A DNA stretch of 64,000 bases from positions 35,873 to 99,872 of the forward strand of contig JASLKC010000014.1 in NCBI GenBank assembly GCA_030747785.1, written 5' to 3'. The notes beneath the pieces were generated by a model, which ran no database searches, had not been told where the DNA came from, and worked only from the letters and a program-made list of their open reading frames with translations. A program made the translations under genes and the position numbers. The stretch is from Candidatus Poseidoniaceae archaeon (GTDB lineage Archaea; Thermoplasmatota; Poseidoniia; Poseidoniales; Poseidoniaceae). This document shows positions 1 to 8,277 of this stretch, piece after piece (the first letter of the stretch is position 1; each line of letters begins with the position of its first letter).

Positions 1-52
1 TGCGATGCTTTGAAGGAATACTCCCCTTCGGCAGAAATGAGGGGATGAGACC

Positions 53-2638
53 ATGTCGCAAGGCCAGATGCCAACGATTCGAGGAACTGAATGGTCCGGA
101 GGCCCTCCTCTTGAATTTCAGAACCTCCTTCCTGCTGATGCAGCAAAGGATGAACTGATGCGTTTTATTTCCGAACGCCACGATGGCCATCTTCCATTAA
201 TTTCAGCGTTTTGGGACCATGTTATTCGTGATGAAACATCATTCGATGGTGAATCATGGCATATCCACACTCAGAGAGTATTAGATGCACTAAAAAAGGG
301 GCTATCGGCTCGTATTGATGCAACGGGGTTATCCGGGAAAAGCGAAGTTATTCCTCGTAGAGATACAAAGACTCACCTCGATCGTAGGGCGAGTCGATTA
401 CTCGTAGATGTCCACCTTTGTCTTCGCCGTTTAGCACAGTATATGGCAGTCACAATTGAACAGCGACTTGAGTGGCAGAGAATGATGACACGTACTCGTA
501 ATTTAGACGAACACCTGAAGGCATTATTTTTCGAAGGAATGGAGACTCCAGACGGTAGTAGATTTGGAGGCAAGGGATTCCGTTCAACTTGGCAAGAAGC
601 ATGCGTTGCAGCAGGTACTGCCCTTGAACGACAGCCACAAAATGAGCCAGATTCCGAGTATTCTGGAGATTATGTCGCACCAATGATTCGCGATGTAGGA
701 CTTTGCATGGCTATGGGCGACAGCCCCCGAAATATTATCACTGCTCAGATGGGTAAATCAGAGTCAGTAATGGATGGTGGACATGCTGGTGCAGGCGGTA
801 GAGACCTTCACGTTGGATGCTTTCATCGTGGCGTTTTACCCCCAACTGCTCCTCTGCCCATTGCTTCGGTCACACTGACAGGAATGGCACTTGGTTCCAT
901 GAGAAAGGGTGAGGAGCGATTCCATCTCGCCTGTATTGGCGAAGGTTCATCTTCATCTGGAGAGTGGTGGGAAGCAATCAATTTTGCCGCAACTCGTGGA
1001 CTTCCAATTGGATATGTTTTGCAAAATAATCAGATTGCATTAGATACACCAACAGCTCACCAGTCCAATGCAGAATTATGGGGAGATAAGGGTGTAGCAA
1101 TGGGAATGCCCTCATGGGCAATAGATGGTTCAGATCCCGCAGCATGGCATGCATCGGTTGCAACCGCCAGAGAATTCTCACTTTCAGGGGCAGGTCCAAC
1201 TCTAATTCATGTAGAAACAATGCGTGGTTGCGGGCACGCACATCACCATGACGACCTTTATCTCGGTGCACCATCGGGAACGCCGCCAGGATATGTTGAC
1301 CGTGATTTGCTTTCATATTGGGAGGCAAAAGACCCTATTCCTACACATCGTCATCTTTTACTCGAACTCGGAGTTAGTGAATCAGAATTAGAACAGATGG
1401 AAGTTGAGGAAAAGGAATTGGTAGACACTGCGCGTGAAGAAGTCGAAGAGATGGATTGGGCAGATCCGGAAACAGTGACAATTGGAGTCACTTCTCTTCA
1501 TGATGCAGATACTCATGAAACGCACCTTAAGCGATTGGAAGGTGCAGCAGTCAATGAGGAATCAGAGTCACCTTTAGCAGTTGGTGAGTGTTCACTTACT
1601 TATGTTGAGTCAGGCGGCTGGACATATGCTAGAGCGATTCAACAAGCCATGTGTGACATCGCTTCTCATTATGGTGACAAGACCTTTTTCATGGGTGAAG
1701 ACATGGAGGTTGCTGGTGCTTTTGGGATGAATATTCCACTCAAAGCAAATGGGCATCAGGACAAGTTGCTAGACATGCCACTTTGCGAGGCTGTCATCAT
1801 TCATTCAGCAACAGGTGCAGCCCTCTCTGGATTGCGCCCGATGGCTGAGATCCAATTCGGTGGTTTCGCAGCATTAGCTCATAATGCTCTAATCAATAAT
1901 GCTGCAATGCTTCGCTGGAGATGGGGGGCAAATGTTCCTTTGACTATCCGTTGTCCATTGGGAGCGAGGACTCGCAGTGGACCATTCCATGCAAATATGA
2001 TTGAGTCTTGGTATGCTAACGACCCCGGACTGGTTGTCCTTGCTCCAGGCACTCCTCAAGATGCGTATGACCTCCTAATGGAGGCTGCTGAATTAGACGA
2101 CCCGGTGATGTTCCTCGAGCACATTGGATTGTATGGGTTGAGAGGAGGAAAGACCGGATGGGGCATGAATATCAATCAGAATGTCGATACTCAACCGGTC
2201 AATGATGCAATCGCAGCAGGCAAGCGTCTCAAGATAGGCAAAGCAGGAGTCATAAGAGGTGGCAAAGATGTCACTCTAGTCACTTGGGGAGCGATGGTTC
2301 ATATCGCATTGCAGGCTGCTGAAGAGCTATCTTCTGAAGGAATTGAGGTCGAGATTATCGATCTACGTACTTTGATTCCATTCGATGCAGAAACTTGTGT
2401 TCAAAGCGTAGTCCGTACTGGCAGGCTAGTGGTTCTACACGAAGGACAATGGTTTGGCGGCTTAGGAAATTCCATTCAGAGTAGAATTATTGAAGAGGCA
2501 TTCTATGCTCTTGAATCGGCCCCGTTAGTGATTGGAGCTCTTGATACTCCTGTACCGTTTGCTCCACAACTTGAGAACCACACAGTTCCTTCTGCGGAAT
2601 ATGTCGTTAAGGCCCTTCGTCAAGTCAGTCAAGGATGA
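53..2638 (+). CDS. 2-oxoacid dehydrogenase E1 component, fused alpha (TPP-binding) and beta (transketolase-like) subunits
   Basis: The N-terminal half carries a TPP-binding motif (CIGEGSSSSGEWWEAINFAATRGLPIGYVLQNNQ). The C-terminal half has E1-beta-like pyrimidine-binding and C-terminal domains (GGFAALAHNALINNAAMLRW ... DPVMFLEH, IIDLRTLIPFD). It is a single 861-aa ORF. Confidence 0.8.
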   Translation: MSQGQMPTIRGTEWSGGPPLEFQNLLPADAAKDELMRFISERHDGHLPLISAFWDHVIRDETSFDGESWHIHTQRVLDALKKGLSARIDATGLSGKSEVIPRRDTKTHLDRRASRLLVDVHLCLRRLAQYMAVTIEQRLEWQRMMTRTRNLDEHLKALFFEGMETPDGSRFGGKGFRSTWQEACVAAGTALERQPQNEPDSEYSGDYVAPMIRDVGLCMAMGDSPRNIITAQMGKSESVMDGGHAGAGGRDLHVGCFHRGVLPPTAPLPIASVTLTGMALGSMRKGEERFHLACIGEGSSSSGEWWEAINFAATRGLPIGYVLQNNQIALDTPTAHQSNAELWGDKGVAMGMPSWAIDGSDPAAWHASVATAREFSLSGAGPTLIHVETMRGCGHAHHHDDLYLGAPSGTPPGYVDRDLLSYWEAKDPIPTHRHLLLELGVSESELEQMEVEEKELVDTAREEVEEMDWADPETVTIGVTSLHDADTHETHLKRLEGAAVNEESESPLAVGECSLTYVESGGWTYARAIQQAMCDIASHYGDKTFFMGEDMEVAGAFGMNIPLKANGHQDKLLDMPLCEAVIIHSATGAALSGLRPMAEIQFGGFAALAHNALINNAAMLRWRWGANVPLTIRCPLGARTRSGPFHANMIESWYANDPGLVVLAPGTPQDAYDLLMEAAELDDPVMFLEHIGLYGLRGGKTGWGMNINQNVDTQPVNDAIAAGKRLKIGKAGVIRGGKDVTLVTWGAMVHIALQAAEELSSEGIEVEIIDLRTLIPFDAETCVQSVVRTGRLVVLHEGQWFGGLGNSIQSRIIEEAFYALESAPLVIGALDTPVPFAPQLENHTVPSAEYVVKALRQVSQG

Positions 2639-2661
2639 ACTGGTCCGAACATCGTTCATGA

Positions 2662-2683
2662 AATGGGCCCTTAAGGGCCCATT
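2662..2683. repeat. Perfect 22-nt palindrome AATGGGCCCTTAAGGGCCCATT in the intergenic region between the E1 gene and the CaCA gene
   Basis: Seen directly in the sequence, 24 nt after the E1 stop codon. A 9-bp GC-rich stem with a TTAA centre, followed by an A7 run (T7 on the minus strand). Confidence 0.5.
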
Positions 2684-2744
2684 AATGAAAAAAACGATTG
2701 AATAATCGGTAACCATCAAAGAGGACCGCCATTTCCGAGGGGTT

Positions 2745-3872
2745 ATGGATGGGGAGAAAGGTGTTCAAAGAATGGGCTCCTTCCTTCATTGGAATGCATT
2801 GACAATTACTCTGACGCTATTTATTTCACTAGCTAGTATTGACTTTCTCAAAGAATCCAATGATTGGGAGCAAATCTACATTATGATTTTCCTGATTATT
2901 ATTGCATTAGCATTACTGATTACTTCTACCAATTACTTCATTGAAGGCGCTAAGGGGTTAGCACGAACAGCAGGTATCGCTGAGGTAGTTATTGGGCTTA
3001 CGATTGTGTCTATTGGTACATCATTGCCTGAGATATTATTCACAACAACTTCTGCAATAAAATCAACTGCTGACCCAAATTTAGCAGATCTAGCGATTGG
3101 TAATATCTATGGTTCGGTATTGGTACAAATCACACTTGTACTCGGTATCGTCGTACTTTTCAAACCCTTAGAAATTAGGCCGGCATGGCTTAGGCGAGAC
3201 GGTTTGCTGATGTTTTTGTCTCTTCTAACATTGACTGCACTACTTTGGGAAGGAGGCGGATTATCACGAATAGAGGGAGCGATTCTATGTTTGATTTATG
3301 TTGTTTACATTATGTGGTTATTGAATGACCGTGAAGACATCAAAGAGGATGAACTTAAGTTGGATACTGCAAATCCATCTAGTAATCTAAGTTGGTCCGG
3401 TACAGCCTATTTTATCATGTTAGTAATCGGTCTTACAATGGCAGTTTATGCAGCAAATGAATTGGTTAGTAATGCCACAGATGTTGCTTACAAAGTTGAT
3501 GTCCCGCATGCAATAGTAGGTGCAACGGTGACGGGCCTTGGAACTTCATTACCAGAACTTACTGTTGCGATGGTTGCAGCCCGCAAGAGCCAGGGTGTTG
3601 CTATTGGTACCCTTATTGGCTCAAATATAACTGACCCATTGCTTTCAATTGGCATCGCAGCAATGGCAAATCCATTTTCAATGACCACTGCAGCAACACC
3701 ACTGCTTGCAAATCTCATTATCCCTGCAACTTTACTCGGCGTCTTCATATGTTTGTTAATGATGTGGAGTGGTTACAAATTTTCACGTTTTGAAGGAATT
3801 ATCTTGATAGCATTCTATCTAATTTACATCGTTCTAATTGAGTTACATCGCCAAGGCTTCATTACATTGTGA
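2745..3872 (+). CDS. Ca2+/cation antiporter (CaCA, YrbG-like Na+/Ca2+ exchanger) membrane protein
   Basis: Two alpha-repeat signature motifs are present: GTSLPEILFTTTSA and GTSLPELTVAMVAA ... GSNITD. The protein is polytopic and hydrophobic. Confidence 0.8.
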   Translation: MDGEKGVQRMGSFLHWNALTITLTLFISLASIDFLKESNDWEQIYIMIFLIIIALALLITSTNYFIEGAKGLARTAGIAEVVIGLTIVSIGTSLPEILFTTTSAIKSTADPNLADLAIGNIYGSVLVQITLVLGIVVLFKPLEIRPAWLRRDGLLMFLSLLTLTALLWEGGGLSRIEGAILCLIYVVYIMWLLNDREDIKEDELKLDTANPSSNLSWSGTAYFIMLVIGLTMAVYAANELVSNATDVAYKVDVPHAIVGATVTGLGTSLPELTVAMVAARKSQGVAIGTLIGSNITDPLLSIGIAAMANPFSMTTAATPLLANLIIPATLLGVFICLLMMWSGYKFSRFEGIILIAFYLIYIVLIELHRQGFITL

Positions 3873-3923
3873 TTTCTAATTATTCACAGTACTGCTTATG
3901 CCCCTCGGCCTTGTGGGGTTAAC

Positions 3924-5072
3924 ATGGTCGACTTCCAGCTCGATGAGATGCAGGAGATGCTTCGTGAACTCGCGCATGAGTTTGCGGTCGATGAGATCAG
4001 ACCTAATGCTGAGCATTGGGACATGAATTCAGAATACCCTCTTGCTACAATCAAGGCAGCCCATGAGATGGGTTTGTTGAACCTTCACATTGGTGAAGAA
4101 TACGGTGGACCGGGACTTGGAAGTATGGAGGAAGTTCTCGTTAACGAGGAATTAGGATGGGGAGACCCAGGATTTGCTACAGCAGCATATGCGACATCCC
4201 TCGCTTGTGCTCCACTCATTACCGGCGGAACTCATGAACAGAAGGATAAGTACTTGCGAATGGTAGCCGAAAATGGTGCACTTGCCTCATATGGAGTCAC
4301 AGAGCCAGGAGCTGGCTCCGATGTAGCCGCATGCAAAACAACGGCGATTCGTGATGGTGATGATTACATCATTAACGGCTCGAAAATGTTCATCACTGGA
4401 GCCGGTCATGCAGATTGGTTCTTCATTTTAGCTAAGACCGATCCCGATGCAGGATACAAAGGAATGTCTGGATTCATTGTAGATGCAGATTCACCTGGGC
4501 TTACTTTGGGAAAGAAGGAGAGTAATATGGGGCAACGTTGCTCAGATACACGCTCTCTAAATTTCGATGACATGAGAGTTTCAGCAGAAAATCTCTGCGG
4601 AGGTAGTGAATCAGGTGGTTGGATGAACGCAATGAAGGCATTTGACATGAGTCGCCCAAATATTGCAGCCCATGCAACCGGTCTTGCCCGTGCTGCTTTC
4701 GAGCATTCTCTTCAGTACTCCAATGAACGCCAGACTTTCGGCAAACCACTCCATCGTCATCAAGCAATTCAGTTCATGCTTGCAGATATGAAGACCAAAA
4801 TCGAAGCATCGAGGATGCTTACTTGGAAATCAGCATGCGAAGCCGATGCAGGAATTCAAAATACTGAATCTGCAGCCCATGCAAAGCGTTTCGCCGCAGA
4901 TACTGCAATGGAAGTTTCCACCGATGCCGTACAAGTTTACGGCGGATATGGATACTCTGAGGAGTACCCGGTTGCTCGCCTAATGCGAGGAGCCAAGGTT
5001 ATGCAAATTTATGAGGGCTCAAGTCAAGTTCAACGCATGATTATCGGTCGTGAGATTACCAAGGGCCTGTGA
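3924..5072 (+). CDS. acyl-CoA dehydrogenase
   Basis: ACAD signatures YGVTEPGAGSDVAA, the C-terminal catalytic region QIYEGSSQVQRMII, and FAD-binding middle-domain motifs. Confidence 0.9.
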   Translation: MVDFQLDEMQEMLRELAHEFAVDEIRPNAEHWDMNSEYPLATIKAAHEMGLLNLHIGEEYGGPGLGSMEEVLVNEELGWGDPGFATAAYATSLACAPLITGGTHEQKDKYLRMVAENGALASYGVTEPGAGSDVAACKTTAIRDGDDYIINGSKMFITGAGHADWFFILAKTDPDAGYKGMSGFIVDADSPGLTLGKKESNMGQRCSDTRSLNFDDMRVSAENLCGGSESGGWMNAMKAFDMSRPNIAAHATGLARAAFEHSLQYSNERQTFGKPLHRHQAIQFMLADMKTKIEASRMLTWKSACEADAGIQNTESAAHAKRFAADTAMEVSTDAVQVYGGYGYSEEYPVARLMRGAKVMQIYEGSSQVQRMIIGREITKGL

Positions 5073-5620
5073 TTGAAATGGGCAAGGGCATACCCGCTGT
5101 CATTCTTGCAGCGGGAGCATCGTCGAGACTTGGACAACCCAAGGCCTTGGTCGAATGGGATGGCGAGACTCTCACGGGTCGTGCTGTTCGATTGCTCAAA
5201 GAGAGTGGATGCTCCCCAATCATTGTGGTGACTAGGCCAGAACTTCTAGTCGATGTGGCAATCGCATCTAGAGGTGCAAATGTTGTGGTTAATCAGTATC
5301 CCGAAGAAGGCAGAACCGGATCTTTGCAAGTAGGACTCCTTGCTCTGATGGGAGATAATGGCCGTATCCCGAGACGTGTATTCGTTGTACCAGTTGACCG
5401 TTGTGGTTGGCAAAAAGAGACTCTCGAAACTTTGCTTAAGGAAACGACAGATTCCTCGCCGAATCCTTCTGGGCATCCTTTGCTTCTATGTTCGGTTGAG
5501 GATGTTCTAGCGAGCGGCCCTGATGAGCCGTTACGTGATATCGTACGTTTTTCTCGAATTGATGCACCCGGTGAACATTTGAACATTGATGCACCCGCCG
5601 ATTTGGAGGCGCTCAAATGA
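5069..5620 (+). CDS. mocA: molybdenum cofactor cytidylyltransferase/guanylyltransferase-like NTP transferase (MocA/MobA family)
   Basis: N-terminal VILAAGASSRLGQPKAL motif typical of MobA/MocA. It overlaps the start of the xdhC-like gene, and a molybdopterin hydroxylase (coxSLM) lies nearby. Confidence 0.65.
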   Translation: MIEMGKGIPAVILAAGASSRLGQPKALVEWDGETLTGRAVRLLKESGCSPIIVVTRPELLVDVAIASRGANVVVNQYPEEGRTGSLQVGLLALMGDNGRIPRRVFVVPVDRCGWQKETLETLLKETTDSSPNPSGHPLLLCSVEDVLASGPDEPLRDIVRFSRIDAPGEHLNIDAPADLEALK

Positions 5621-6420
5621 CTGCAATCACTCTTGCATGGGCTATTGAGCGTCTCGGTGATGGCAAAAAGGTAGGACTCGCCTCTGTAATCTCTACTTCG
5701 GGTTCTGTTCCAGGAAAAGAAGGAGCCCGTCTTGCGTTATGTGATTCGGACTCGCATGGAACAATCGGTGGAGCTGGATTAGAATTGAGTGTGTCCAAAC
5801 GATTGAGAGAACTTGTTGATAGCGCAGTAAAGCCATGCGGCGAAGTACTCACCTTCGGCTTGAATAAGGGGGCCAAGGGCTATGAGGTTACACCACTCGA
5901 CAGCCTTTGTGGCGGTCGAGTGACCGTCGCTTTGGAGGTCTTGATTCCTATGCCGCACATACTTCTAATGGGTGGAGGACATTGTGCGATTGCGATCGCT
6001 CAAGCTTGTAAGCCACTGGGTTGGTCATACTCAGTACAAGATTCAAGAGCAGAATTTTCTTCTATTGATGGTGCAAAAGAGACACATCATTCCTGCCCAG
6101 GTGACTTCTTGATGGCAGAGAATTCAGATTCACTATTGCGCTTCAGCGATATCCTATTGCTGGGCCATGATTGGAATGAAGACGAAGAAAGACTTCTCGG
6201 ATTGATATTCGCCGGTTATTCTGGCCGCCTCGGTGTAATCGGATCAAAATCAAAATGGAAAGCGTTCAGCAAGGTTGCCATTGATTCTGGAGTCACCCAA
6301 GAGCAATTAGATGCAGTAAACTGTCCAATTGGATTAGATATTGGTGCTGAAAGCCCAGAAGAGATTGCAATTGCAGTAATTGCTGAGATATTGGCAGCAC
6401 ACAAAGGTATCAATCTTTGA
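5617..6420 (+). CDS. xdhC: XdhC/CoxI-family molybdenum cofactor insertion chaperone
   Basis: N-terminal XdhC_CoxI region and a C-terminal Rossmann-like segment (LLMGGGHCAIAIAQACKPLGW). It overlaps mocA by 4 nt. Confidence 0.8.
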   Translation: MTAITLAWAIERLGDGKKVGLASVISTSGSVPGKEGARLALCDSDSHGTIGGAGLELSVSKRLRELVDSAVKPCGEVLTFGLNKGAKGYEVTPLDSLCGGRVTVALEVLIPMPHILLMGGGHCAIAIAQACKPLGWSYSVQDSRAEFSSIDGAKETHHSCPGDFLMAENSDSLLRFSDILLLGHDWNEDEERLLGLIFAGYSGRLGVIGSKSKWKAFSKVAIDSGVTQEQLDAVNCPIGLDIGAESPEEIAIAVIAEILAAHKGINL

Positions 6421-6943
6421 ACAAGGTCGCCCTGTGGTGGCGTAATTCTTCAATCGATTCGATGATATCATCAAGGGCGCGGTGCGCTTCTTTTTTCTGA
6501 AACCTTTGAACTTCAGGGTACCATCTATTTGCCAGTTCTTTGATAGTTGAAACATCGATTAAACGATAGTGAAGAAGGTCAAGAACTTGCGGCATCTCCT
6601 TGGCGAGAAATGCCCTATCTGTGTGAATTGAGTTGCCACATAGAGGCGATTTACCACGTTCTATATATTGTTCTAGGAAGTTACAAGTTTGTTGACTTGC
6701 TTCTTCGAGGCTAACTCCCTCGCTGCGAATTCTATCGACTAGGCCACTGGCGTGGTGGTGCTCTGTATTCCATTCATCCATGCCTGAGATGAGCTCTTCC
6801 GAAACTGATATTGCAAGATTAGGACCGGTTGCGATGATGTTGAGTTCACTATCGGTGACGATGCTGGCAATCTCGATGATTGACTCTTTCTCGATGTCGA
6901 GTCCCGTCATCTCCAAATCGATCCAGACCATCTCTCCGCCCAT
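6410..6943 (-). CDS. orn: oligoribonuclease (DEDDh 3'-5' exonuclease)
   Basis: WIDLEMTGLD ... IIEIASIVTD motif, the downstream H-x4-D (HRALDDI) motif, and a length of ~180 aa typical of Orn. Confidence 0.85.
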   Translation of the reverse strand: MGGEMVWIDLEMTGLDIEKESIIEIASIVTDSELNIIATGPNLAISVSEELISGMDEWNTEHHHASGLVDRIRSEGVSLEEASQQTCNFLEQYIERGKSPLCGNSIHTDRAFLAKEMPQVLDLLHYRLIDVSTIKELANRWYPEVQRFQKKEAHRALDDIIESIEELRHHRATLFKD

Positions 6944-7014
6944 GTGTATGCCAGTAGGAATCAGCCCTTCAGGGCTGCGGATGGTTCTAAAGTGATGGCA
7001 GGCCGGGTATTGAC

Positions 7015-8277
7015 ATGCTTCGGGCTCTCATTCTGACCTCCTTGGTCCTCCTTTCGGGACTTTCAGGATGTCTCTCGGATGATGAGAAGATTGTGGTCGA
7101 ACCACCAGTAATCGATGATGGCTTCAGAGCATTCAGCGTCATCTCGCCAATCGACACCGGAATCAATCCCTACCATAACCACTTCCAGACCAACGAGACA
7201 CTTCCTCAATGGTTAATCGATGACATGCTAACCACTTTGGTGTGCAACCTTACGACCGAAGGCAGTTATTCCGAGCGCCTCTCTGCCGATATGGAGACCT
7301 GCTGGAACCTAATCACCATCGATGATATTGTGTACTTTACAGGCACCAGAATTTTTGCCTCATCCTCGGGTGATACTGGCCAGTTGATTCTCGATGATCC
7401 ATCTGATGGACACGGTACTGCCGTGACTGGAGCGGTTCTGGATGCTGACCCGGATGCAATCATCTACTTCGTCGAGGGTTTCAGTGATGAGGCGGTTTTG
7501 TTAGCGGGAACGCACCCAATGGTCGATGTCATCACCACTTCATTCGGTGCCCCTGGAAGCGTGCCTGTTCCGGGAATAGAAGATGCGACGAAGGTTGCGG
7601 TCATTGACCATTACAAGATTCACACCGGTGCGGCGGACAATTCACCTTCTCCAGCAATCCAGGATGCCACAGCTGGTCCACCTTGGTCTATCGGCGTTTC
7701 AGGCTACGCCGAAGGCGAGGATGATCAAAAGGAAACTATGTCGGGCTCATATCCAGACATGGCATCGGACTGGACGCAAATCCTACCTAACCATCAGGAT
7801 GTAGATGGTTACCACGAGACCTCTGGCACCTCATTCGCCACGCCCAGAACTGCAGGCTTCCTCGGTCATGTGATGACGACCTTGAGGGCTGAGTTCAATG
7901 ATAGCGGCTCTGGAGGCAGGAATGGTTCTCTAGTCGACGGTGATGTTCAAATTACCAACTCTGACATCCGAAACGCCCTCAATTTATCGGGATGGTACCC
8001 GAGCGGCACTGGATGGGACCCCAGTACCGGAACCATCCCTATCTCCCCTGTAGCACCGTGCACCCAAGTCGGCTGGGGTGTTCTCAACTGGTCGAACATC
8101 GATGGAATGATCTCCCACCTCAACGGCTCCTCAACCCTTCCAGACAGGCCGGGTGATGTGGTCTTGTGTATGGAACTCAACCAACAGGCTAGGGAAGCTT
8201 ACTGGGGTGTATACCCCTCGCTAGACATCCCGGCGATGGGCCATTCCATTGGAATGGCTATCGTCGAGCGTGATTGA
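7015..8277 (+). CDS. subtilisin-like (S8) serine protease, predicted lipoprotein/secreted
   Basis: Signal peptide with a lipobox-like LSGC. Catalytic triad contexts DTGINP, DGHGTAVTG and GTSFATP. Confidence 0.75.
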   Translation: MLRALILTSLVLLSGLSGCLSDDEKIVVEPPVIDDGFRAFSVISPIDTGINPYHNHFQTNETLPQWLIDDMLTTLVCNLTTEGSYSERLSADMETCWNLITIDDIVYFTGTRIFASSSGDTGQLILDDPSDGHGTAVTGAVLDADPDAIIYFVEGFSDEAVLLAGTHPMVDVITTSFGAPGSVPVPGIEDATKVAVIDHYKIHTGAADNSPSPAIQDATAGPPWSIGVSGYAEGEDDQKETMSGSYPDMASDWTQILPNHQDVDGYHETSGTSFATPRTAGFLGHVMTTLRAEFNDSGSGGRNGSLVDGDVQITNSDIRNALNLSGWYPSGTGWDPSTGTIPISPVAPCTQVGWGVLNWSNIDGMISHLNGSSTLPDRPGDVVLCMELNQQAREAYWGVYPSLDIPAMGHSIGMAIVERD

